NCBI RefSeq assembly: GCF_000142905.1
Contig: NW_013657679.1
Coordinates: 126,657 to 190,656, forward strand
DNA length: 64,000 nucleotides
Origin: Thecamonas trahens ATCC 50062
Taxonomy: Eukaryota; Protista; Apusomonadida
Reading direction: 5' to 3'
Shown here: one piece after another, positions 34,410 through 45,305 of the stretch
How positions within the stretch are numbered: position 1 is the first letter of the stretch
Layout of the letters: each line of letters begins with the position of its first letter
Made by a program: the position numbers and the translations under genes
Notes under the pieces: generated by a model
The model's input: the letters and a program-made list of their open reading frames with translations, nothing else
The model's database searches: none
What the model was told of the DNA's origin: nothing

Positions 34410-36784
34410 TCATGACGACGCGGCGTGCGGGCGCAGGTGGTCGTTGAAAAACGCGAGCAGCGAGTTGGCGATGTACTCGCGGGTCGCCTGCGAGCGCGGG
34501 GCATGGCGCTCGGACGGCAGCAGCAGCAGCTGGTGGTGCTTGCCGGCGGCAATGAGCTTGTTGATCAGGAGCGCGGTGTTGCGGAAAATACGTTCTCGTC
34601 GATGAGGCCGTGGATGAGAAGGAGCTTTGCCGACGGCGCCATGCCGTCAACATGGGTGAGGACCGACGACGCGTGGTAGCCGTCTGGGTTCGACTCGGGT
34701 GTGCCCATATACCGTTCGGTGTAGTGGGTGTCGTACAGGCTCCAGTCGGTGACGGGCGCACCGGCGATGGCCACGTGGAAGGTCGACGAGGCGCGGAAGA
34801 GTGCCGAGAGCGACATGTACCCGCCGTACGACCAGCCAAAGATGCCGACAGCGCTGGGGTCGGCGACGCCGGCGGCGACCAGATGCTCCACGCCCGAGAC
34901 CTGGTCGGCGACCTCGACCTCGCCCATGTTGTGCTTGATGGCGCCCTCAAAGGCCAGGCCGCGGCGGGCCGAGCCGCGGTTGTCGACCCGGACGACTGCG
35001 TAGCCTGCCGAGACCAGCATCTGGTCCTGCATGTTTGCCGTTGCCCGTGACCAGTTGTCCAGCACGTACTGGACATGTGGCCCGCCATAGACATGGACAA
35101 TGGTCGGGTACGGGCCCGGCCCGTGCGCAGCTGCATCCGGCTTGAACACCAGGCCGTGGAGCTCGGCGCCGTCGGCAGTGGTAAATGAAAAGAGCTCCGG
35201 AATCGTGAGGGCCGAACCAAGTCGGGCGTAGGCCTTGTCTGAGGCCGCCGCGTCAAAGACCGGTTCGCCGCTTCCGACCGGCACGAGCGCCAAGGCGTTT
35301 GCGTCAAAGGCAAAGACCTGGACCTTGGTCGGCGCAGCGGCGGAAGACCACGCGTCGACGACGTGGGTGCCAAGTGGCGAGACGGCAGTGACATGGACGC
35401 CCGGCCGGTCGGCGGTGAGCGCCACTGGCGGCGCGGAGCCGTCAAGCTTGACGGCGCAGAGGTGGGTGTGGGTGGGCCCGCCAAGAGTCGACTCGAAGAA
35501 CACAACACCGGCGTCGAGGGCCACACCGCGGATGGCAGTCACCATGTACTCGCCCGATGTGAGCGTGCGGACAAGCGAGCCATTGGCGGCGTGATAAGTG
35601 AGGTGCAGGAAGCCCGAGGCTTCCGAGGCGTAGAGGAACGCGCCGTCGGCGTCGGAGCCGAGCGGGGTGTATAGGTCGTGGAGGTTGATCCACACCTTGG
35701 TGACCTCACAGAACAAAAGGCTCCTCTCGCCAGACACCGGATCGACACGGATGAGCTGCAGCGTTGTCTGCGCCCGGTCCTCGAGCTCGATGACGAGCGA
35801 GCCGTCAGCCGGGTCCCAGTGGGCGCGGGCGAGGTAGGTCTCGGCGTCAGGCGAGGCGGCGCCAGGCGTGTCGACTGAGAGCAGAGAGAGCGGGATCCAG
35901 AGTGTGTCTGTCGCCTCGCCGACGAGTGTGTTGATGCCGAGGCGGGTGGTGCAGTTGGAAGCACCGGCAAAGCAGTATCGATGCTCCTCGGTCGAGAGCT
36001 TGTCGTCGCCCTGGCGGGCGATGGCATATTGCGGAATATGCGACGAGTCTGTTTGGGTGAAGGCCACACGTGAGGCGTCAGGCGAGAACCAGTACCCGGT
36101 GTAGCGACCCATCTCCTCCTGGGCGATGTAGTCGGCGAGGCCGTTGATGGCCGCCGTGCCGCGGGCGCCAGAGGTGACCTGTCGCGGCTTTGAAGCCGGC
36201 CTTTTCTCGGGCGCGTCTGCGGGAGGCAGATCGACAACGTAGACCTCCGAGTCAAAGACAAACGAGACGCCCGAAGCGTCGGGCAAGAAGCGGGCATCGA
36301 GGAGCGAGTCTGCGGCGGCCGACTCAGGCACAGCGGCGCGCATGTCGTCGAGCGAGAGGAGGGTAAAGAGCGGCGAGTCTGGTGGCGAGGACTGAACGCG
36401 CAGCGCGTTGTGGGCCGGGATGAGCACGCGGCCAGTCTTCTTGTGGACCTCGTACTTGTAGACGCCGAGAGCGAGGACTCGCTGGCGCTCACGACGGAGC
36501 TTCTCTTCCTCAGACAGCTCGGCCTCTGACATAGCAGCGGCAGCAGTAGAGCTTCCAGACTCGTGTGCAGCGACAAAGTACGGAGAGAGGCCAGGAGTAG
36601 CATCATCATTCCAGCCGAGCTGCTGGACCTCCTGGACCAGCGAGCCGTCCGCGGTAGCCAGGCAGAGGGCGACAGGCACGTCCTTGGTCGCTGTCTCGGC
36701 AACCTGGAGGAAGGCAAAGGAGGAAGGACTCGCCGTACCCGGCGGCGGGTAGCGTGCAGCGTCGGTCGGTGTGATAGTGGCCAT
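34410..36784 (-). CDS. Dipeptidyl peptidase IV/8/9 family (S9B), no signal peptide; one apparent frameshift at 34585-34588
   Basis: QEEM, VYGGPHVQ, DNRGS, GWSYGG (catalytic Ser) and HGLIDENV (Asp). The catalytic His (ERH) lies in the shifted frame, which ends at TGA 34410-34412. Confidence 0.9.
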
Positions 36785-37004
36785 AGTGTGCCGAAAGATG
36801 GAGGGAGGTGTGGAGGGGTGTGGCATTGTGTGCGTGTCCTTTGGGGTGGGAGGAAGGAAGGTCGCGTTGTCTTGCGGTGACGGAGGGGGGGGGGGGGGGG
36901 GGGATGGCGCGACAAAGGCAAAGACAAAAGCGAATTGCCGATGGTTCAGGTGGGCGAACTAGCAAGCGGGCTGTGGTGGTGGTCGATAGGGTCGGAGTAG
37001 GGCG

Positions 37005-37135
37005 AGTGAGCGAGTGCGCGAGCAAGTGCGCGAGCGAGTGCGCGAGCGAGTGCGCGAGCGAGTGCGCGAGCGAGTGGGCGAGCGAGTGCGCGAGCGAGTG
37101 GGCGAGCGAGTGGGCGAAGTGGGCGGAGTGGGCGA
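37005..37135. repeat. 12-bp minisatellite (GAGCGAGTGCGC)n in a divergent promoter region
   Basis: About 8-10 imperfect units seen directly. Confidence 0.9.
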
Positions 37136-37234
37136 GAGGGCAGAGTGCGGGCACCACTTGACCACCGTCACAGACAAACGACAGCTTGAGCAAAGACAGA
37201 CAAATATAGATACATACATAATCATCATCACGTC

Positions 37235-38947
37235 ATGTCGGATGTGGACCCAGGATTGCTGGCCCAGTTCACGGCCATGACCGACGCTGACCCTGGGGTG
37301 GCTGCTGCCTTGTTAAGCGTAGGTTGGGCGAGGGAAGGCTGCTACCAGTGCGACTCGGGTGTGAAGGAGTGGTGCGGGGGGGAGAGGCATGGGAGCGGGG
37401 ATGGAGGGATAGCTAACGAGTAGTGATGGGTATCGAATGGATGGAGTGGGGGGGGGGAGTCGGGGCTGTTTCCATGGCGTGCAATGGGTGGCTGCGGCGT
37501 GATCTCGGACGGTGCGATGCTGGCGGTCTCTGAGCAGGACTATCAAGGCGATGTCAACATGGCGCTGGATGCATACATGAACATGGCTGGTGGAGCAGGA
37601 ACGGAGTCGACAGCATCGACGTCTTCGGGTGCACAGGCGCCGGTGACGCGGAAGAGGTCGCGGTCACAGTCGTCACGAACGAATCAAGTGTTGGAGGACG
37701 AGACGGCGACGCTCGAGGCGGAGGGCGGGGCTGGCGACGACGATGGAGTGCGCGCGCCGATCAAGCGCCGGCGGACGGCGTTGTACGATGACCTTGAGGC
37801 CACAGCCGGCTCGTCAACGACGATGGTGGCGCCGGGAAGACGACGGGCAGCGCAGTCAGCGCGGCGGACAGCATCCGACCTCCGCCGGGCGCTGGCGGGT
37901 GGGCTCGCTGGCGGGCTCACCGCCGCCGACGAGCTGCAGGCCTTTCGCGACTTTCGGCGCGAGGAAGCCTTGTTCAATAGGCTTGATCCGGGAGGGACCA
38001 AGCGTGAGAGCCTGGCGCGCATGTACCAGCCGCCACGGCACCTGATGACCGACGGCACGCTCGACGAGATCAAGAACCTGGCCGAGTCGACACATCGGTT
38101 TGTGCTCGTCAACGTGCAGGACATGAATGAGTTTGCATGCAACGTTCTCAACCGCGACGTGTGGTCCGATGAGCGGGTCGCGCGCGCTGTCCGCGAGTCG
38201 TTTGTCTTTTGGCAGATTCCGCATGCCTCGGAGGCCGGCGCTTACTTTTGCACTCTCTACCAGGTCACCTCATTCCCGTACCTTGCCATCCTCTACCCAC
38301 AAACTGGCGCTGTAGCCAAGGTGTGGGAGACGCCGCCGTCGGCTGACCAGCTCGTCGATGACCTCGGCGCATTTGTCCGCTCGGTGCTCGAGCCGCAGCA
38401 GGAGTCGACCATCATTGACGCCACCGAAGACGAGCAGCTCAAGGCTGCCATTCAGGCCTCACTGGCGGCGTCGACCGCCAGCGGGACCGAAACCGTCATC
38501 TCGCTCGATGACGACGACGACGACGATGACACTGGAGCCATCGCCATCTCTGGCTCGGACTCGGACTCGGACGTTGTCATCATTGTGCCCGACGACGATG
38601 ACGAAGACGACGACGATGACAACGAAGATGACGGCGATGAGGACAACATCAATGACGCCGGTGGCGACCAGGCTGCAGGCGTCGAGGTGCTGCCCCCTGA
38701 GCCCGCAGCAGGCACGCCGGACACGACCCGGATCAAGTTTGTGTTCCCCGATGGCACTTCGTTGGTCCGGCGGTTTGCACTTGACTCGCCGGTCCGCCAT
38801 CTGTTCGTTTTTGCCGCCGCTGCGCCCGGTGCGCCATCCGGCCTCGACCTCGTTGTCCCGCCGCGGAGCTCGCTGAGCAGCGAGCGCGAGCGCAGCCTTG
38901 CTGACGCCGGCATCCGCAACGCCATGATCCGCGTTGTGACCTCGTAA
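37235..38947 (+). CDS. UBXN7: UBA-UAS-UIM-UBX p97/Cdc48 adaptor (UBXN7/Ubx5-like); exons 37235-37318 and 37538-38947
   Basis: The UBA-like N-terminus is restored by splicing. Then LARMYQPP, EFACNVLNRDVW, TEDEQLKAAIQASL (UIM) and a C-terminal UBX domain. Confidence 0.88.
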
Positions 38948-39202
38948 AAGGCGTCGACTACTGGTGAGGCAGACAACTCGTTTACCAGCGCCGAACAGGC
39001 GGAAGGGAGAGTGCGGTGGGAGCGGAGACGGGAACGCGGATCAGAAGATGCAACAGATGGCCGCCAAGTAGGGATACTTGAACCAGAGCCGGGTGCCAGG
39101 ACGAGAGCAGCCGATACATTGCCTCGAGCCTGGATACGCCGGCTTGGGGCTGTCGAACTTGGCCCGCGCTTGTTTGCGGAGCCGAGTCCAGCAGCAATTA
39201 TG

Positions 39203-39290
39203 CTGCGAGCCATCGGGCGTCGGCGAGCACGGGTGGTGCCGTCGCAGTGGACGACCAAAGATTTCCCCGTGCCGCGTCATGAGCGCGCAG
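39203..39290 (-). promoter_or_regulatory. Eukaryotic SECIS element in the 3' UTR of the selenoprotein gene
   Basis: Minus strand reads CTGCGCGC-TC-ATGAC-GCGGCACGGG-G-AAA-...-CCCGTGCTCGC-CGAC-...-GCTCGCAG: helix I, AUGA/GA core, about 10-bp helix II, AAA loop and a possible apical mini-stem. Confidence 0.85.
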
Positions 39291-39435
39291 GCGCGATAAT
39301 CGCATAGCCTGCGCGGGTCGTTGCGGCTTCTACTTGGCGCATGCCGCCTCCACGCCGCACTCGCTCCCGCCAGCACGAATCGCGGGCGACGAGGCTGCGA
39401 AAGGAGGAAAATGCGAGGCAATCAATTGTGAGAAA

Positions 39436-39955
39436 CTACTCGGAGAAGCCCTTCTCCCTCATGGCCGCCACGAGCTCGTCCTCGGTAGGGAAGCCCTGGC
39501 CACTGAGCTTGGACCAGTAGACGGTGCCAGCGTCGTCGGTGACCTCAAAGGCCCCAGACCGCGGCGATCCCTCGGGATTGCCCGCCACTTCCACGTCCGA
39601 TCCAAATGCCTTTTGGATCCAGGACACGGCGCGGCGGTATCGGCTGAAGTACCCTCAGTTGGTACTGGGGAGCAGGTACAGGAGAGGGGGGGGGGTGAGT
39701 GAGGGAAGGGGAAAAAATTGTGGGCAACGGGTGCCACCCGCACACATTGGCCATGGCGCCACCCGCACACGTTGGCCATGACGCCAGCCGCAGCCGCAGC
39801 CGAGGTCGCGTTCGCAGGAGGCGGGAGGGGGTTGGAGAGCGAGGCAAGAGGGGAGAATAGGGGGGGGGGGGGGGGGGGGGATGTGGGGAGGGGGCGTGGG
39901 GGGAGAAGGAAGGAAAGGCGTACCAGTACTCGATGGTGATGCTCTTAGACGACAT
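39436..39955 (-). CDS. SELENOW: Selenoprotein W-like Rdx-family protein, 86 aa, CxxU motif (Sec TGA at 39655-39657); exons 39955-39924 and 39664-39436
   Basis: Spliced product MSSKSITIEYCTNUGYFSRYRRAVSWIQKAFG...PRSGAFEVT...WSKLSGQGFP carries the Rdx hallmarks IEYCxxUGY, GxFEV and SK...GFP. A SECIS lies downstream. Confidence 0.9.
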
Positions 39956-40145
39956 GTTGCAGGTGTGCGGCAGTGGAGTGTGAAAACTATCGAACGTTGG
40001 TCGATGGCTCGAGACTGCCAACCTTTTCATTGGGTCGGATTCGGTCAACGTCAGCCTTGGCTTGCAAGGTCGCCTTGCAGAGGCAAGACGGCGAAGAATA
40101 ATGGACCAGGGTACGAACGAGTACTTGATTCATATGTGCTGGATC

Positions 40146-41336
40146 CTACGATGACGATGACTCGTACGAGTAATCGTCGTCCTCAGCGTCGGGATCCGGT
40201 TCGTCCTCGTGCTCGCCGAGGTGCGGGATTGGGAAGCGGAGGATGGCGGCGATGCCGGTGAGCTGGGCCAGCTGCTCGCCCGAGACGTGGAGGGTGGAGA
40301 GAATGACGGCGTTGCCGCCCGACTCGCGGACTTCCTCGACAAGACCGACGTATTGGGCGCGCTCGGCGAGCGAATCGGCGCGGAAGAGGTTGTCGGTGAG
40401 GAGGAGGACCTCGACGGCGCCCATGGCGACGGCGAGGCGGACGTGGCGGAGGCCGTAGCAGGCCGAGTCCTCGTCAACGCGCAGCGTGTCAAAGAAACGG
40501 GCCAGAAGGGCGACCTCGGACGCCGCCTTGGTGTCGGACATCTGGGCGACAACGCCCGGGTCGGCCAGAACTTCCTTGAGCGCGTGTTTGTGGCCGGACG
40601 ACGAGTGGGCGAGGAGGAACTTGGGGCGGAACTCGAGCATGGCGCGGTCCTCGGCAGCGGTGGCCTTGGCCATGATGGCATCAAGGGCCGAGGCGTTGAC
40701 AAAGCCGGGTGAGGCGAGGATACAGACCTTGATGCGGTCGAGGTCGATGTGTGTCTTGAGCGCCACGTAGATGGCGGCAAAGAAGCGGGCAAGCGCCTTG
40801 TCGTGTTGTGCCGCCGAGTGCTTGCGCTTTCGTGGAATGGCCATTTCGATCTTTTGCCGAACGACAGTCATCGACGAGGTGATGAGGCAGACGTACGCGA
40901 GACCCTCTTGCATGACAACCGCAGCAACCTCGGCCGCCGATCTCACGTCACAAGCCTCCTTGAGCCGGTCGTGGTACATCGAGTCCCACTCATCCTTGCT
41001 CAACTTCAGCTTGCGGTTGAGCACAATGGTGTGCGAGTGGTACCCGCCAAGCTTGACGTCCTTGGACTCGGAGACGTTGCGCCCCGAGACGCGGATCTCC
41101 GAGTCCGCCGCCTCGTACGACACCCGCTCGACACGGATAGCGAGCCGGATCTTCTTGCGCTCGGCCTCGGACGAGCCCGTGGCGGTCGAGCGGACAACCT
41201 TGCGGACCGTCGACATTTCCAGCACATCTCCAGGCGCAATGAGGTTGTATACATGCCACAGATCGTCCAACTCGTTTGGAATGACCACCACATAGCCCGA
41301 GCCCGTCCGGTCGAACTTCTTGCCCACAAGCTTCAT
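40146..41336 (-). CDS. PELO: Pelota/Dom34 ribosome rescue factor
   Basis: MKL...DDLWHVYNLIAPGD...RKV, YHSHT, IPRKRK, ASPGFV and HVSGEQLAQLTGIAAILRFP. Confidence 0.96.
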   Translation of the reverse strand: MKLVGKKFDRTGSGYVVVIPNELDDLWHVYNLIAPGDVLEMSTVRKVVRSTATGSSEAERKKIRLAIRVERVSYEAADSEIRVSGRNVSESKDVKLGGYHSHTIVLNRKLKLSKDEWDSMYHDRLKEACDVRSAAEVAAVVMQEGLAYVCLITSSMTVVRQKIEMAIPRKRKHSAAQHDKALARFFAAIYVALKTHIDLDRIKVCILASPGFVNASALDAIMAKATAAEDRAMLEFRPKFLLAHSSSGHKHALKEVLADPGVVAQMSDTKAASEVALLARFFDTLRVDEDSACYGLRHVRLAVAMGAVEVLLLTDNLFRADSLAERAQYVGLVEEVRESGGNAVILSTLHVSGEQLAQLTGIAAILRFPIPHLGEHEDEPDPDAEDDDYSYESSSS

Positions 41337-41762
41337 AGTTTGTGGCGAGGAAGAGAGAGAGAGAGGTGCAGGGGTAGGTTTGGTAGAGGGTGGCAGAGGT
41401 GGGGTGAGGAGAGGTGGGTGCAATCGTGAGCAATAGGTCGAGCACGAGTATGAGGCAGACCAAGTCCCGCTAGCAGGGAGAGCTCCAGCTCTGTTCAGAC
41501 ACTCGCACACAGCACGAGACAACAGGACATCAGGGATCAGATACCGAGAATGTGACATAGGTGGCTGATGCGCCTTGTGGGTCGCGATCTGGATGGGGCT
41601 TTCGCTGTTATCCTCCCCCATCCCCCCCCCCTTCCCTTGGTCAAGTCGCGCGTCCAGGAGAGCGACTCAGCAGAGAGGGCGACTTGGCCAAGACCGCCAG
41701 CCACAGCCACAGCCACACCACGCTACTGGCGCGGCACACTTGTCTTGGGCAGCTGTGGGAAG

Positions 41763-42982
41763 ATGGCTAGCATGCGCAAGAGTGCAGACTCGTTCGACAT
41801 TGTCATCGACAGAACAAGGACGTGTAGCAACTGCAAGACGAGCCCAGCCAACGTAGTCGAAGGTATGTTTGTGGTGGTGGCTCTCAGGTCGAGACCAAAG
41901 TCGGGAAGCGCTGGCGGTGATGCGGGGAGCGGGCGGCAGGCGAGTATGGACTCATCGAATAGACCGGCTGGTGAAATTCTGGACGTGATGCGGGGTTGGG
42001 CATGTGGGGGAGGGGGGAGATAGACTTTGACGGAGGCATGCTCATCTGCCGCGACTGTGGGATGGTGTTCAGAGAGGCTGTGCTCGACTACCGCGAGGAG
42101 CGGCGGAGCATCAAGTCGGACGATGGTAACGAGAAGGATCACTCGCGGTCGACAGCTACCAACAACACTCTCCACACATCGGGCCTGGGCACAGTGGTAG
42201 GCAAGGTCCGCGGACGCGCATTCATGACCAAGGCCGAGAAGCAGCTGAAGAAGCGCAAGCAGGAGGCGATGCCGGCCATCGACAGGCTGCTGCTTCAGGG
42301 CAACGACTGCATCCGGACCTATGCCGAGCACCTGCAGGTCCCGCCCAAGATCACCGACATTGCGCAAAAGCAGTTCAAGGAGTTTGTGGAGAAGATGACG
42401 CCCGTCGGCGCGAGAGCCATGGGCAACGAGCCGCCGGTCAATGCTGTCAACCTCAAGCCCATCAAGAACAAGAACACCAACCTGCCCGAGTACGCCGCCG
42501 TCGCACTCCTCTGGGCATGCCGCCTTGAAAAGGTGCCGCGGACGCTCAAGGAGCTGCACAAGATCCTCAAGATCAAGCAGAAGAAGATCCGCGCTGCCCT
42601 TAAGGCCTACCGCAACATCGCCGGCCTCTCCGACGCCGCCAAAACCTCGCACGCAGACTACCTGGGCCGTTACGTCTCTGAGGTCGGCATGTCGCACGCC
42701 CTCATTCGCGTGGCCCAGGCCGCCGCCAACAACGTCAAGCACATCGACGAGCTCTCCGGCAAGCGCCCGCAGACCATCTCCGCCGGAATCATCATGCTTG
42801 TTGCCACCATCGCCAACGAGAACATCAGCGTCGATCGCATCACCGCCACCACAGGCGTCGCCGCCACCACCGTCACCAAGACCCACCAGACTATGGTCTC
42901 GCACCAGGAACAGCTTCTCCCGCGCGACTTTCTCCTCAAGTACGGCATGCTGCCGTCGTCGTCAACAGTCCCGCCGCAGTAG
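41763..42982 (+). CDS. TFIIB-family transcription factor (Zn ribbon plus two cyclin folds), divergent; exons 41763-41862 and 42024-42982
   Basis: The CSNC...CRDCG zinc ribbon is joined by an in-frame GTATGT...GATAG intron. Also ACRLEKVPRTLKE and GKRPQTISAG. Confidence 0.85.
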
Positions 42983-43239
42983 ACGCCACAGAACCTCATT
43001 GTATCCATGGTCACAATGATGATGATGACCATGACCATAGCCATTGTAAAGGAATAACTTTGACCGGGAGCAAGAAGAACATGCCGCTGATCAGTCTCCG
43101 TCGGGCGTTGGGCCCGCCGCCACAGCCAGCTGCGTGTCCGCGACGCACCGTGAGCAACACCAAAGTTCGGCAGCCCAGCACCACCACTCACACCACTCAC
43201 ACACACACCACACACACACACACACACACACCACTCGAC

Positions 43240-43937
43240 ATGAGGGCATTTGCAGCAGGCCTCCCCAGTCAAGGCCTTCTCACTGCTCCAAACCTTGAAC
43301 TTCCTGTACGGACCCAGACCAGCTGCTCCCCTTCCCTTGCCCCCCCTTCCTCCTTCCCCCTCGCTTCCTCAATCACTCACTCGCTCCTTACACACCCGCG
43401 CAGGAGACGAAACAGCTCCAACGGGTCCTTCCGTCCTCGGCTACAATCTCTGGCTGTCGCATTGGCAACGATGAGCGGTCCAATGTTTTGTCACGGTTCC
43501 TCACCCCGGGTGCAGAGGCCGAGTCTGCACGGACGCGGAAGCGATCGCAAGCGAGGCTGGAGAGCCTGGCTCGGGGGAAGACCGCGACTGCAGCTGCACC
43601 AGTGACGGGCACGGGTGTGCCACGCACGCCACCGCGGCGGGATTGCTCGTTTGACCTCTCGCTCGACGCCGTCACGGCACTGCTACCGTCGCCGTCGCCG
43701 GCCAGTCGACGTAAGCGTCCGCGTGAGGGTGAGCGCAAGCGCGAGCCACTGGTTAGCCGCGATGCCAACACGCTTCCACAGCCACAGCCGTGCTCGCACC
43801 CGCACCCGCACTCGCAGTCGGCAAGCTTGAGCCTGGCGGCACTGACACAGCCGCCCGTGGCCAAGAAGCACAAAGCGCTGCAGGCCAAGCCGGCCGGCGC
43901 ACGATCGCGGTCGCGGCGCAACCCGTTTGCCGTTTAA
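43240..43937 (+). CDS. Basic protein with a possible DDA1-like N-terminus; exons 43240-43305 and 43404-43937
   Basis: In-frame GTACGG...CGCAG intron gives MRAFAAGLPSQG...RIGNDERSNVLSRFL, resembling DDA1 (M..F..GLP...I.TE..NIL.R.L). Similarity is weak and judged by eye. Confidence 0.5.
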
Positions 43938-43948
43938 GCTCTGCTGGG

Positions 43949-45115
43949 CTAGCTGGCGGCGGCAAGCGCGATGGCAAACTGCTCAAAGACGCCGTCGATG
44001 CACGCCCACGAGGTGTACTCGTGCTTGTGGTGTCCGGCGGAGCGGTTGATGCACTGCGAGCCCTTGGCCTTGACGGTGGCGCCCATGGCGCGGCGCGACG
44101 CGATCCAGTTGACAAGTCGCGTCTTGACAAACTCGCGGACCCGTGGCGAGAACATCCGGTGGTCGAACCGGTTCATCGAATCGGTGTACGCAATGGCGGC
44201 GAGGCCGGCGTCGAGAAGCTCGTCGCCATGCTGCTCGAGCAAGAATGTGGTGCACACGCCGCCGAACGAGTGTGCAACAATGGCGATCTTGGCCGCCGGC
44301 GAGGCCCGAATGAAGTTCTGGTACACGTACAGGCTGTGGGCCTCGGGCGTTTCGGAGCCATCGACGTATCGGTGGAGAGGTTCGCCGTCGGCAGCCTCGC
44401 CGACCTTGACTCTGTTCTCGTTCGGGTTAAGGATAGCGAGCGCGTAGCCCTCAGCGAGCGCGCGCTCAATGTACGGCAACATGCTGCCCTCGTCGAGCGT
44501 GTTGTTCATGCACAGCTTGCGCGCCCACATGCCGGCCCGCACCGCGCCGGCTCCATGAATGAGTACCATCAACTTGTCTTTGTTGGTGTAAAAATCGCGC
44601 GAGAGGAAGACCTTGGATGTCAGCTCGTCGGCGCCCACGCCCTCAGCCCGCACCGTCGCGCATCCGGCCTCACCCGCCGCCACTGTTGCCTCAAACAGCT
44701 CCCGCCCAGATGTTTCCTTGATCGGAAGCGTCACTTCGACCAACCCGTATAGCTCGCGCATCAGCCGCTGGATGTGAACAATGACAGCATCGCCCAGCGC
44801 ATCGTAGTGCTTCTGGCCCTGCCACTCAAAGCCCTCGCCGGACTCGATCTGCACCATCCGTCCGCCCCGAAAGCAGTACCCGCATGCGGTCATCTCGGAC
44901 GAGACAATGGCATCAGTCGGACTTGCCGAACACCCTGTCGCTCCAGCGCCGCCAGCCTGGCCTGCGGTAGCGCCGGCGCTTTCATCACATCCAGTCGATG
45001 GGCCTGGCGCCTCGGGCGTGTCGTCCGCTACCACCGTGGCCGCCTCCACAAGCGCCTCAATCTCAGCTCCAGCCTCCACCTCGTCGCGACGCACAAGCTC
45101 TTCGTCCACGTCCAT
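43949..45115 (-). CDS. FAM172A: FAM172A/Arb2-domain alpha-beta hydrolase-like protein (start codon uncertain)
   Basis: HYDALG, LMVLIHGAGAVRAGMWARKLCMN..LDEGSMLPYI, LNPN, VAHSFGG and SAGHHKHEYTS. Confidence 0.88.
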   Translation of the reverse strand: MDVDEELVRRDEVEAGAEIEALVEAATVVADDTPEAPGPSTGCDESAGATAGQAGGAGATGCSASPTDAIVSSEMTACGYCFRGGRMVQIESGEGFEWQGQKHYDALGDAVIVHIQRLMRELYGLVEVTLPIKETSGRELFEATVAAGEAGCATVRAEGVGADELTSKVFLSRDFYTNKDKLMVLIHGAGAVRAGMWARKLCMNNTLDEGSMLPYIERALAEGYALAILNPNENRVKVGEAADGEPLHRYVDGSETPEAHSLYVYQNFIRASPAAKIAIVAHSFGGVCTTFLLEQHGDELLDAGLAAIAYTDSMNRFDHRMFSPRVREFVKTRLVNWIASRRAMGATVKAKGSQCINRSAGHHKHEYTSWACIDGVFEQFAIALAAAS

Positions 45116-45305
45116 AACTTTCTCAACCGCGACTTTGTCGAGTGAGATACTGATGGACCAAGGTGCGTGTGGTGGTGTGCTGGTCTGGCTGCGCACTGCA
45201 CTGTGCTTGTGCTCTCCATTCCTTCCTACCTTCCTTCCATTTTCCATCAACGGCTCGCTGATGATACGGGCAGCGCACGGCATAGCCCACTATCGATCAC
45301 ATTCG

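Noticed and set aside
39732-39780. 25-bp direct repeat inside the selenoprotein intron
   Set aside because: A simple two-copy local duplication with no TIR, target-site duplication or RNA motif
39436-41336. Functional link between pelota (ribosome rescue) and the adjacent UGA-recoded selenoprotein gene
   Set aside because: Adjacency is the only evidence; there is no sign of co-transcription or conserved linkage
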